The translations under genes and the position numbers were made by a program. A stretch of DNA of 48,171 nt, from assembly GCA_039630345.1 (NCBI GenBank), contig JBCNVD010000011.1:1-48171 (forward strand). The letters are read 5' to 3'. Below the pieces are notes generated by a model. It was given only the letters and a program-made list of their open reading frames with translations, searched no databases and was not told where the DNA came from. The stretch comes from Aquificaceae bacterium. GTDB lineage: Bacteria; Aquificota; Aquificia; Aquificales; Aquificaceae. Below, piece after piece: positions 10,062 to 19,274 of this stretch. Each line of letters opens with the position of its first letter. Position 1 is the first letter of the stretch.

Positions 10062-10118
10062 AAGGTTTTAATTTTAGCATGCTCTGGTAAAATTTAGCAA
10101 AACCCTGGAGGTAAGGCA

Positions 10119-10496
10119 ATGAAAAGCTGGCTACTTCTCTTTGCTATTGGCTTTGCCTGCCTTGGTTCTGAATGTGTGGTATTGAGCGGAAAGGCAAGCT
10201 GGTACGGTGGGCGCTTTCACGGAAAAAAAACCGCCTCTGGCGAGATTTTTGACAAACATAGTTTTACTGCTGCGTCAAATATCCATAGAATTGGCTCATA
10301 TTTATTGGTTAGAGACCTCAAAAGCGGCAAAGAAATCATAGTCAGGGTCAATGATAGAGGCCCTTTCAAGAGGGGGAGAGTAATAGATCTCTCGCACGGA
10401 GCTGCAAAAGAGCTTGGCATACTCAGCAGGGGGGTTGCAGCCGTTGAGGTTTTACCTCTTGAGTGTTTAATTGCGCAAAGCGAGGATCTTGACTAA
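10119..10496 (+). CDS. rlpA: RlpA-family septal ring lytic transglycosylase (DPBB domain only)
   Basis: GKASWYG..FHG.KTASGE, VRVNDRGPF..GRVIDLS.GAA..LG; signal peptide; no SPOR domain. Confidence 0.9.
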   Translation: MKSWLLLFAIGFACLGSECVVLSGKASWYGGRFHGKKTASGEIFDKHSFTAASNIHRIGSYLLVRDLKSGKEIIVRVNDRGPFKRGRVIDLSHGAAKELGILSRGVAAVEVLPLECLIAQSEDLD

Positions 10497-11277
10497 CTAG
10501 CAATGTCCCACAACCCCCGCATTCGCGAGTTCTATATCTATTGGATAAAATTACCCTTACACCCATGGATTTTAGAGTTTTATAGGCAAGCTCGTAATTT
10601 TCTTCTGTGGTCTTTTCATATCCGCCGAAGGCGGGATTTAGTTTAAGAAGATTAACCTCAACACCAAGAGAGAGTGCAATATCCCCGAGCGCTCTTATGT
10701 CGATTTCAGAGTCGTTGATGCCCTTTATAAGAACATATGCAAGTCTTATGCGCTTTTTCTGTCTTTGGGTTTTATTTTTGAGATAGGATCTTAGAATCTC
10801 GATAAGTTCTTTAATGGGTGGACCTTTGGGCACCAAAATTGACCTGGTTTGCTCGTTGCTTGCATGGAGAGAGATGCTAACACCCTTGTGGGGAAGATTC
10901 AGGAGTCTATATAGCATGGAAACCGGATGTGCGCTTGTGTAGAAGCTAACCCCAAGACCTAATTTGCGAAAGTGCTCTGTCGCCAACTCTACCTGATTTA
11001 AATTCATAAGAGGCTCTCCGATACCTGCAAAGGCTATTCTTTTGATTTCTAAAGTTTTTGGCGCAAGGTGATATTGCGAAATAATTTCCTCAAAGCTGAG
11101 ATTCCTGAAAAGCCCTTTAGAACCCGATAGACAAAAGGGACAACCAACCAGACAGCCTACCTGCGAAGAGATGCAGAGTGTTTGGGCGTAATAAACCGCC
11201 TCTATAGTATATCCGTCGCTTAGCAAAAACCCAAGAAGTGTGTTATAACCGTCAGATGTTAAGCTCTTAAGTCTCAC
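10423..11277 (-). CDS. RlmN/Cfr-like class A radical SAM protein (short, divergent paralogue)
   Basis: TLCISSQVGCLVGCPFC (CxxxCxxC), GIGEPL, SISLHA, YVLIKGINDS, C-terminal GGCGTL. Confidence 0.85.
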   Translation of the reverse strand: MRLKSLTSDGYNTLLGFLLSDGYTIEAVYYAQTLCISSQVGCLVGCPFCLSGSKGLFRNLSFEEIISQYHLAPKTLEIKRIAFAGIGEPLMNLNQVELATEHFRKLGLGVSFYTSAHPVSMLYRLLNLPHKGVSISLHASNEQTRSILVPKGPPIKELIEILRSYLKNKTQRQKKRIRLAYVLIKGINDSEIDIRALGDIALSLGVEVNLLKLNPAFGGYEKTTEENYELAYKTLKSMGVRVILSNRYRTRECGGCGTLLVSQDPRFAQLNTQEVKPQRLQPPC

Positions 11278-12082
11278 TTATTTGCCTGCAGGCACATGGT
11301 TTTTTAATAAAAGAAGGGTGCAAGATTTCTTCTATTTTCACTTCAAGAGATTTCTCGCTTGATTTGAGTAAAATCACATTCCTTATAGGGTCTATTCCCT
11401 CAACAGAGTAAACATCTCCCATATAGCATAGCTCCTTTCCACTCTCCGGGAAGTAGCGTTTTATATCGTAGTTACATCTTTCAAAAGACAGACAGCAAAT
11501 TAACTTCCCGCAAGGACCTGTGAATTTTTGCGGAGAAAATGGGAGGTTTTGTTCCTCTACATCGCTGATGAGAACAGGATTAAACTCTTTCATAAATCTT
11601 GCACAGCATGTAACATCCCCACATAGACCTATCCACCCAAGCATCTGCGCTGCGTCTCTTACGCCAATTTGGCGCATTTCTATCCTTTTTTTGAAAACTT
11701 TAGCGAGCTCTTTTACAAGGTTTCGAAAATCCACGCGTGAGGCAGAAACATAGTAAAAAAATACCTTACTTCCATCAAGAGGGATATAGCTCTTTATGGG
11801 CTTTAGATCAAGTCCGAGCTCTTTGGCTTTCTGTCTGAATATCAAAAAAGCCTCCTGCGAATCCCTGCTATTTTTCTCAAGCTTTTGTATGTCTTCCTGG
11901 TCTGTCTTTCTTAAAAATGACGCTATTATCTCTGATTGCTCTTTTGAATAGCCTATAAAGCGCACGGCTTCCTCGCCTCTATCTGTCTTTACCACTATAA
12001 GCTCTCCGCGGTTAAGGATTGGCAAATCGCCCTCTATGGTCAAATACCTGTTAGTATCGAGGAATTTAGCACTTGCGTACAT
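11267..12082 (-). CDS. PSP1-domain protein (YaaT/RicT family)
   Basis: RVDFRNLVKELAKVFKKRIEMRQIGVRD, G.CG...CC and GPCGKLICCL.FE motifs; downstream of holB as in the known holB-yaaT synteny. Confidence 0.9.
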   Translation of the reverse strand: MYASAKFLDTNRYLTIEGDLPILNRGELIVVKTDRGEEAVRFIGYSKEQSEIIASFLRKTDQEDIQKLEKNSRDSQEAFLIFRQKAKELGLDLKPIKSYIPLDGSKVFFYYVSASRVDFRNLVKELAKVFKKRIEMRQIGVRDAAQMLGWIGLCGDVTCCARFMKEFNPVLISDVEEQNLPFSPQKFTGPCGKLICCLSFERCNYDIKRYFPESGKELCYMGDVYSVEGIDPIRNVILLKSSEKSLEVKIEEILHPSFIKKPCACRQISET

Positions 12083-12093
12083 TTTTACTAATT

Positions 12094-12978
12094 TTATCTT
12101 TCGTGACTCAAAATAAGCACGATGTGGGGGGCGATTTTTAAACCCTTTCCAAGGCTATTGGATAGCTCTAAAATAGCCTGCGCCTTTCTGGCAAAGTCTA
12201 TGTTTTTACTCTTTATTGCCTTTTCATTAAGCGACTGAGATAATAAATAAAGCACCATCTTTTGCTCTTTAGTGTCTAGTTTTTCAAACTCCTGGGACGC
12301 TCTTTGGAATTTAAGAGGCTCTCCAAGACCCTTTGCTATCTCAAGGATAATAGGTTTTTCTTTTATTTTTTTAAGAGAGAGCGCGCTTGCGCGCAATTTA
12401 TTTATTAAAGAATTATCCTCTATCCCGGTCAGGGCTTTGAGCTCTTCATCGCCAAGGGGGGGACATCTTATTTCAAAGAGTCTGGAAAGAACCGTCTTTA
12501 GAAGAGACTCTCTGCTATGAGAGACCATAACGATATAGGAATCTCCCGGCGGCTCTTCCAGAGTTTTCAAAAGCGCATTTTGAGCAAATACATTCATCTC
12601 GTCCGCCGGGTAAATGAGAGCAACTTTAGCTTTGGAGATAGCGGGCTTTAGCCCAAGTGAGTCGATAACTTTCCTTATCTGGTCTATGCGGATTTCGGAC
12701 CTTTCAGAAATTGCAAAGCAAAAGTCAGGATGCGATAGCTCCTGAAGATGCTTAAGAGGGTCTATTTTTGGCTCTATCAGTCCTTTAAGGAGCTTGCAGG
12801 ATGGGCATCTCCCGCAGGGAGGATAAGATCTTTGAGTGCAAAGCAAAGAAGAGCAAAGCTCGAGCGCAAGGATAATCTTTCCAGATCCTTCTGGACCTGA
12901 GAGCAATATGCTCCTTGGGAGTTTGTTGTTTTTAAAAATATATGAGAGTCTTTCCCTGACCTTTTGCTGGATTAAAAT
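12094..12978 (-). CDS. holB: DNA polymerase III delta' subunit (proposed ATT start at 12978; ORF track starts at TTG 12906)
   Basis: LLSGPEGSGK, C...PCG.C.SC zinc module, HPDF, IRIDQIR, QNALLKTLEEPP, TVLSR. The frame stays open upstream of the TTG; the start position is an inference. Confidence 0.88.
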   Translation of the reverse strand: MLIQQKVRERLSYIFKNNKLPRSILLSGPEGSGKIILALELCSSLLCTQRSYPPCGRCPSCKLLKGLIEPKIDPLKHLQELSHPDFCFAISERSEIRIDQIRKVIDSLGLKPAISKAKVALIYPADEMNVFAQNALLKTLEEPPGDSYIVMVSHSRESLLKTVLSRLFEIRCPPLGDEELKALTGIEDNSLINKLRASALSLKKIKEKPIILEIAKGLGEPLKFQRASQEFEKLDTKEQKMVLYLLSQSLNEKAIKSKNIDFARKAQAILELSNSLGKGLKIAPHIVLILSHER

Positions 12979-14303
12979 AGCATCTCCTCCACCAGTCTTG
13001 TGTGATGCTTTGCAAACCTAAATTCCCTCGAAGAGAGCACTCTTATGTGAAACTCCTTGTTGGTCTTTAAACCCCTGCCAGATACTTTCAGTTCCTCAAG
13101 AGCTCTTTGAAGTCTCGAGATTGCCTCTGTTCGGTTAGAACCCCAGGCAATTAGCTTCAGTAGCAAAGAGTCATAATAAGGAGGAACCTCGTATCCGCAA
13201 TATAAATGGGTGTCTACTCTTATGCCAAAACCCCCGGGCAAAAAGAGCTCTTCTACCTTTCCCGGAGATGGCATAAAGGTGTTTGGGTCTTCTGCGTTTA
13301 GCCTGCACTCTATTGCACACCCTTTAGGCTCAAGAGCTGTGGATTTTAAGCTCTGCCCAAGAGCGATTCTTATTTGCCACTCTACTATGTCTATTCCAAA
13401 GACCATTTCTGTAACGGGGTGTTCTACCTGCAGCCTGCCATTCATTTCCATAAAGTAGAGGTTTCCGTCAGAGTCCATCAAAAACTCCACCGTTCCAGCG
13501 CCTTCGAATCCTATCTCTATGCAGAAATCTCTAACCTGCTTGAAAAGCTCTTCTCTTTTAATATCATCAAGACTTGGGCTTGGGGCTTCTTCTATGAGCT
13601 TTTGATGTCTTCTCTGAATAGAGCACTCTCTATCGCCAAGTATAAGGACATTTTTCGCTCTGTCTACAAGCACCTGCACCTCGATGTGCTTCGGATTTAA
13701 CAAAAACTTCTCCACATAAACTCTCGGGTCTCCAAATGAAGCGTCCGCTTCTCTTGATGAGAGGTAGAATCTCTCTCTTAGCTCTTTCTCATTTTGCACA
13801 ACTCTTATGCCCTTTCCGCCCCCTCCTGAGTTTGCTTTTATAACCACAGGATAGCCAATTCTTTGAGCTATTGATATAGCCTCTGAGAAATCCACAGGAC
13901 CTTCGCTTCCGGGCAGGAGCTTCATCCCAACCGCCTTTGCCACTTTTCTTGCTCTGGTTTTATCCCCGATTAACTCAAGCGCACCCGGCGGTGGACCGAC
14001 GAAGATTTTTCCACTTGCAATAACTGCCTCTGCAAGCTTTGGGTTTTCCGAAAGAAAACCATAACCCGGATGGAGCAAATCTGCACCTGTTGCTTCCAGA
14101 ACTGCCATGATTCTTGACATATCCAGATAGCTCTTCTGGGCTTCTGCAGGACCTATGCATATTGCCCTGTCTGAGAGCTTCACATGCAGGCTATTGCGGT
14201 CTGCTTCAGAAAATACTGCCACCGTTGATAGACCCATCTCTTTAGCCGTTCTGATGATGCGAATCGCAACTTCACCCCTGTTTGCTACCAAAATTGTATG
14301 CAT
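12972..14303 (-). CDS. accC: Biotin carboxylase (acetyl-CoA carboxylase type)
   Basis: Start refined to MHTILVANRGEVA; HPGYGFLSEN, GGGGKG, RECSIQRRHQKLIEEAPS, EMNGRLQVEHPVTE, YDSLL. Could instead be the BC subunit of another biotin carboxylase. Confidence 0.85.
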   Translation of the reverse strand: MHTILVANRGEVAIRIIRTAKEMGLSTVAVFSEADRNSLHVKLSDRAICIGPAEAQKSYLDMSRIMAVLEATGADLLHPGYGFLSENPKLAEAVIASGKIFVGPPPGALELIGDKTRARKVAKAVGMKLLPGSEGPVDFSEAISIAQRIGYPVVIKANSGGGGKGIRVVQNEKELRERFYLSSREADASFGDPRVYVEKFLLNPKHIEVQVLVDRAKNVLILGDRECSIQRRHQKLIEEAPSPSLDDIKREELFKQVRDFCIEIGFEGAGTVEFLMDSDGNLYFMEMNGRLQVEHPVTEMVFGIDIVEWQIRIALGQSLKSTALEPKGCAIECRLNAEDPNTFMPSPGKVEELFLPGGFGIRVDTHLYCGYEVPPYYDSLLLKLIAWGSNRTEAISRLQRALEELKVSGRGLKTNKEFHIRVLSSREFRFAKHHTRLVEEMLF

Positions 14304-14356
14304 TCCTGAGAATTTTAACAAACACAATAAATCCAGAAGACTATACTTAGCTATTG

Positions 14357-14953
14357 ATGAAGCTGGTTGTTTGCATAACAGGCGCAAGTGGAGCTATTTA
14401 TGGCTTAAGAACTCTTGAAGTTCTCAATGACATGGGCTTTGAAGTTGATTTAATAGTCTCTTCCTCAGGCTGGATAGTCCTTAAAGAGGAGATGGATATA
14501 TCGCCAAATATTCTAAAGTCGAGATTTCCGGGCTTTACCTTCCATAGCGAAAAAGACATGGCAAGCCCTATAGCAAGTGGCTCTAGGCTAATTCACTACG
14601 ATGGGGTTTTGGTATGTCCTTGCTCGACAAGCACACTTGCGCACATAGCAAACGGAATTAACTCAAATTTAATACATAGAGTTTGCGAGGTTGCCCTGAA
14701 AGAGAGAATACCACTTTTGCTGCTCTTTAGAGAAATGCCCTTGAGTGAGATTCATCTAGAGAACATGCTAAAGCTAAAAAGAGCAGGCGCAATCATAATG
14801 CCGGCAAGCCCGGGATTTTACCATAGACCCTCTACAGTGGGAGAGATTGTTGATTTTGTGGTTGGCAAGGTCCTTGATGCTATTAGAGTAAACCACAGTC
14901 TCTTTAGAAGATGGAAAGAGGAGGGTATAATACACTCTGGAGGCATAGAATGA
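14357..14953 (+). CDS. ubiX: Flavin prenyltransferase UbiX
   Basis: [24 protein letters not shown]...NLI.R, LKER..L.L..RE.PL, P..PGFY. Confidence 0.95.
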   Translation: MKLVVCITGASGAIYGLRTLEVLNDMGFEVDLIVSSSGWIVLKEEMDISPNILKSRFPGFTFHSEKDMASPIASGSRLIHYDGVLVCPCSTSTLAHIANGINSNLIHRVCEVALKERIPLLLLFREMPLSEIHLENMLKLKRAGAIIMPASPGFYHRPSTVGEIVDFVVGKVLDAIRVNHSLFRRWKEEGIIHSGGIE

Positions 14954-15456
14954 TAAAAGCTGGCAAAAACCCACCTTTAGATCTTTATGCCTTTATAGAG
15001 GTTCCGCAAGATAGCTTTATAAAATACGAACTTGACAAGGAGACCAACACCCTTTTTGTCGATAGATTTTTATTTACATCCATGATTTATCCTTTTAATT
15101 ATGGATTTATCCCGCAAACCAAAGCGGATGACGGCGACCCTCTGGATATTTTAGTAATTTCAAGATATGGGGTTATTCCAGGGAGCGTCCTGAGATGTAG
15201 ACCTGTAGGAGCACTTGAGATGAGCGATGAATCCGGGTATGACCTCAAAATTATTGCGGTAGTGCATAGCAAACTTGACCCAAGTTTTGACAATATCAAG
15301 GACATCAACGACATTCCCAAATCAACCCTTGACAGGATAAAGCACTTTTTTGAAAACTATAAAACCATAGAACCCGGAAAATGGGTCAAAGTTGATAGCT
15401 TTAAAGGTCTTGACTTTGCCCTGGAGGTTATTAAAAAGTCAATTGTTGAAAACTAG
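14950..15456 (+). CDS. ppa: Inorganic pyrophosphatase (family I)
   Basis: [40 protein letters not shown] at 14950 with SD GGAGG. Confidence 0.96.
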   Translation: MIKAGKNPPLDLYAFIEVPQDSFIKYELDKETNTLFVDRFLFTSMIYPFNYGFIPQTKADDGDPLDILVISRYGVIPGSVLRCRPVGALEMSDESGYDLKIIAVVHSKLDPSFDNIKDINDIPKSTLDRIKHFFENYKTIEPGKWVKVDSFKGLDFALEVIKKSIVEN

Positions 15457-16411
15457 CGCAATAATACAAAAAGCCCAGAAGGTTTTTGATATAGAGATAC
15501 AGGCTCTTAAAAACCTAAGGGATAATTTAGGCGCAGAGTTTGAAAGAGCGGTTGAGATTTTGCTCTCTTGCAATGGCAAGATAATAACAACCGGGGTTGG
15601 AAAGTCAGGTCATATAGCCAAAAAGGTTGCTTCAACCCTCTCAAGCACGGGAGCTCCTGCGGTTTTTTTACACCCTGCTGAAGCATTGCACGGAGAGCTT
15701 GGAACCATCTCTCAAGAAGATGTAATGCTTGCTTTTTCATCAAGTGGAGAGTCGCAGGAGGTTCTTTCTCTTATCCCTTACATAAAAAGACTCAGCATTC
15801 CCCTTATTTCAATAACAAACAGTAGCAGCTCTACTCTTGCAAAACTATCTGATGTGCATATATCTCTGAATGTAGAGAAAGAGGCATGTCCCCTTGCGCT
15901 TGCGCCAACTAGCACCTCCACAGCATCGCTGGTTTTAGGAGACGCTCTTGCGATGGTTCTGCTGGAGCTAAGAAACTTTACAGCTTACGATTTTGCCATA
16001 AGGCACCCGGGCGGAAGCCTTGGTAGAAAGCTAAGAAAAGTAAGAGACCTTTGTCATGTTGGTGAAAGAGTGCCTTTGGTTTTAGAAGAAGCATCTCTTT
16101 TTGATGCCATAATTGAAATGAGCAGTAAAGGATTTGGTGCAACTGCTGTAATTGACAAAGAGGGGAAACTAACAGGAATAATAACAGATGGTGACTTAAG
16201 GCGGTTTTTTCAAAAGTTTCAGGACATTAAAAACTCAAAAGCAAAAGATGCAATGACTAAAAATCCCAAAACAGCAACGATGGATGAGCTCGCAGTCTGT
16301 GCCCTAAAGAGAATGGAAGAGCATAAAATCACGGTTCTTATAGTGGTTGAGGACTCTTTTCCAGTTGGCATAATCCACATGCATGATATCCTTAGGGCAA
16401 AGGTCATATGA
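15443..16411 (+). CDS. kdsD: Arabinose-5-phosphate isomerase (KpsF/GutQ, SIS + CBS)
   Basis: [44 protein letters not shown], two CBS domains; start approximate (TTG 15443 or 15446). Confidence 0.93.
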   Translation: MLKTSAIIQKAQKVFDIEIQALKNLRDNLGAEFERAVEILLSCNGKIITTGVGKSGHIAKKVASTLSSTGAPAVFLHPAEALHGELGTISQEDVMLAFSSSGESQEVLSLIPYIKRLSIPLISITNSSSSTLAKLSDVHISLNVEKEACPLALAPTSTSTASLVLGDALAMVLLELRNFTAYDFAIRHPGGSLGRKLRKVRDLCHVGERVPLVLEEASLFDAIIEMSSKGFGATAVIDKEGKLTGIITDGDLRRFFQKFQDIKNSKAKDAMTKNPKTATMDELAVCALKRMEEHKITVLIVVEDSFPVGIIHMHDILRAKVI

Positions 16412-17541
16412 AAAAAATTGGCATTCTTGGCTCCACAGGCTCTATAGGTCGTCAAACCCTTGAGGTTTTATCTGCAAAAAGAGACAGTTACTCTGTAGCA
16501 GGCCTTTCTGCAAAGAGGGCTTCTGAGAATTTACTAAAGCAGGCAATAGACTTTAGACCTGAAATTGTCTCCTGTCAGGAAGAGCCAGATAGAAGCTGGC
16601 TTGATGCCTTGCCAAAAGGCACTCACTTCATAAGAGGCTTTGAAGGCATTAAAGAGATAATCAAACTATCCAGCGCCGTTATGAATGCCATATCCGGCAC
16701 CGATGGGCTTTTGCCAACTATTTGGACACTCAGCTCTGGAAAAACCCTCCTTGCGGCGAATAAAGAGTCCTTGGTGTGTCTTGGGGAGCTTGTAAGTAAG
16801 CACAGAACCCAGATAATACCGGTTGATAGCGAGCATAACGCTATATATCAGCTACTTAAGCTGGTAAGCCCTGATGAAATTTCTAAAGTCTATTTAACAG
16901 CCTCTGGAGGACCATTCAGAGACTTTCCGCAACAGCTTTTTAGTCAAATAAGTCCTCAGCAGGCTATTGCTCACCCAAACTGGCGAATGGGTCCAAAAAT
17001 CTCTGTCGATTCAGCAACGTTAATGAATAAAGGTATGGAGCTTATAGAGGCCATAAACCTCTTTGGTCTTGAACCTGATAAGGTGGATGTTGTAATCCAT
17101 CCCCAGAGCGTGGTTCATGCAATAGTTGAGTTAAAAAACGGGGCTTTTCTTTTCCATGTTTCCCAAACCGATATGAAAATTCCCATATTTTATGCGCTTT
17201 TTAATTCAGGTATTGAGAGCTTTCCCTTTGAGAGAAAGGGCATTATAGATATAGCTCCAATTACTTTCGAAAGACTTGATAATGAGAAGTTTCCAAGCGT
17301 TGAGCTATGCAGGTGGGCTTTGAAAAAAGGCGGCGTTTATCCCGCGATGCTTGTAGGTGCTGACCAGGCCGCCGTGGAGCTATTTTTAAGCGGTAAAATA
17401 ACCTTTGATAGTATCTATCGCCTTGTGAGAGAGGTTTTAGAGAGTGTAAATCCCCCCCCTGCAAATACCCCGGAGGATATAATAAAAAGCGTCGAGCTTG
17501 CCTCTCAGTTGTGCCTTGAACTATCTAAAGTAGCGCCATGA
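16408..17541 (+). CDS. dxr: 1-deoxy-D-xylulose-5-phosphate reductoisomerase
   Basis: ILGSTGSIG.QTL, ANKESLV, PVDSEH.AI.Q, LTASGGPFR, HPNW.MG.KISVDSATLMNKG.E. Confidence 0.97.
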   Translation: MKKIGILGSTGSIGRQTLEVLSAKRDSYSVAGLSAKRASENLLKQAIDFRPEIVSCQEEPDRSWLDALPKGTHFIRGFEGIKEIIKLSSAVMNAISGTDGLLPTIWTLSSGKTLLAANKESLVCLGELVSKHRTQIIPVDSEHNAIYQLLKLVSPDEISKVYLTASGGPFRDFPQQLFSQISPQQAIAHPNWRMGPKISVDSATLMNKGMELIEAINLFGLEPDKVDVVIHPQSVVHAIVELKNGAFLFHVSQTDMKIPIFYALFNSGIESFPFERKGIIDIAPITFERLDNEKFPSVELCRWALKKGGVYPAMLVGADQAAVELFLSGKITFDSIYRLVREVLESVNPPPANTPEDIIKSVELASQLCLELSKVAP

Positions 17542-19274
17542 TTGGCTTTTTGTTTGGGGTTTTGTTTGCTTTTGTCTGCATTTTTAGCTTTCACTTCCTG
17601 AGTGCCCCTATAGGCAAGACTCCAGAGCTTAAAACCATCTCCTCTTTGCAACTTCAACCACAAATTGGAAAACCCGGCGGTCAGGTTAGCTTTGTCCTTG
17701 GGTCTGATCCAAAAACTCTCAATCCCGCCCTTGCAGAGGAGACTTCCTCAACCGCAGTTATATCAGAGGTGTTCTCAGGTCTTACCAGGGTTGATTTAAA
17801 AACTTTTGAGGTAGTTCCTGATCTGGCTGAAAGCTGGGAGGTTCTGGAAAACGGACTTGTTTACCGCTTTAAACTTAAAAAAGTCAGATGGTCTGACGGC
17901 ACTCCTTTAGTAGCTGACGATGTTGTGTTTACTTTCCGGGATGTTTATTTAAATCCCTCTATTCCCGGTTCTGTAGGGGATTCTTTCAGGGGCATTTTAA
18001 AGACAGAGCAGGATATAAAAAACTTTGTAAGAAAAGTAGACGAAGAGACGGTTGAGTTTCGCCTGCCTAAGCAATTTGCGCCCTTTTTAAGCTCTCTTGG
18101 CGCTTATATATTACCCAGACACAAACTCGAAGAGGCGGTAAAGAGTGGCACTTTCAGAACCACATGGAATGTAAACACAGATCCATCCCAGATAGTTGGC
18201 ACAGGGCCATTTAAAATCCAATCTTACCAGAAAGGCACTCTTATTACATTTGTTAAAAATCCGTATTACTATGAAAGAGACGAAAAGTTAACAGCTTTAC
18301 CCTATCTTGAGAAAAAAATAGCGTATATCATTCAGGACCCTGACTCTGCGGTTTTGAAGTTTAAAACGCGCCAGGTTGATTTTATCAACGTAAGACCTCA
18401 GGATGTTCAGACAATTTCCGGCTTAAGACATGCGGATATATTCGAGCTTGGTCCAACATCTTCTACGACTTTCCTGGTTTTTAACCAAAATCCTGCTTCT
18501 TCGGTTTCAAAATCCAAGCTAAAACTATTCCAAAACAGGGATTTTAGATGGGCTATTTCTTATGCTATAGACAGAGATGCAATGTGTCAACTTGTCTTTA
18601 ATGGTCTTGCAAAACCTCTTTATGGTCCAATAACCCCTGCAAATAGACCTTACTATTCAGAGGATCTTTTTCCCCCAATCAAGAAAGATGTGCAAAAAGC
18701 CAAAGAGCTACTTAAGTTAGCCGGATTAAGAGATTCAAACTCCGACGGATGGCTTGAAGGACCTGATGGGCAAGTTTTTGAAATCACCCTTTTGACAAAC
18801 GCAGGCAATAGAGAAAGAGAAGCGATGGCAGCAATGATCGTAAGAGACCTTCAGGCAATTGGCATAAAGGTCAATCTAAGACCCATAGATTTCAACTCCC
18901 TGGTGACAAGACTTACATCCCCTCCTTATGACTGGGAAGCCGTGATTATAGGTCTGACAGGCTCTATGGACCCACACTTTGGCAGAAATGTCTGGCATTC
19001 TTCTGGCACATTGCATATGTGGAATCCTCGTCAAAAAACTCCCCTGACAGATTGGGAGCGCTCTCTTGACGAGCTTGTAGACAGAGGGGCTACAGAGCTT
19101 GATAGGAATAGAAGAATAGAAATATACAGAGAGCTGTATTCAATAGTTTACAGAGAACAGCCTATGATTTTTTTAACCACCCCTGTTAGTATGGTCGCCA
19201 TAGACAAACGCCTTAAAAATGCCATGCCCACAGTATGGGGCTGGCACAGAGAAGAAATGCTATTTGTCAAATAA
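17538..19274 (+). CDS. ABC transporter substrate-binding protein, family 5 (peptide/nickel)
   Basis: DPKTLNP, P.LAESW, WSDG.P..ADDVVFT, GTGPF, FR.AISYAIDR; N-terminal hydrophobic anchor. Confidence 0.9.
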   Translation: MIGFLFGVLFAFVCIFSFHFLSAPIGKTPELKTISSLQLQPQIGKPGGQVSFVLGSDPKTLNPALAEETSSTAVISEVFSGLTRVDLKTFEVVPDLAESWEVLENGLVYRFKLKKVRWSDGTPLVADDVVFTFRDVYLNPSIPGSVGDSFRGILKTEQDIKNFVRKVDEETVEFRLPKQFAPFLSSLGAYILPRHKLEEAVKSGTFRTTWNVNTDPSQIVGTGPFKIQSYQKGTLITFVKNPYYYERDEKLTALPYLEKKIAYIIQDPDSAVLKFKTRQVDFINVRPQDVQTISGLRHADIFELGPTSSTTFLVFNQNPASSVSKSKLKLFQNRDFRWAISYAIDRDAMCQLVFNGLAKPLYGPITPANRPYYSEDLFPPIKKDVQKAKELLKLAGLRDSNSDGWLEGPDGQVFEITLLTNAGNREREAMAAMIVRDLQAIGIKVNLRPIDFNSLVTRLTSPPYDWEAVIIGLTGSMDPHFGRNVWHSSGTLHMWNPRQKTPLTDWERSLDELVDRGATELDRNRRIEIYRELYSIVYREQPMIFLTTPVSMVAIDKRLKNAMPTVWGWHREEMLFVK

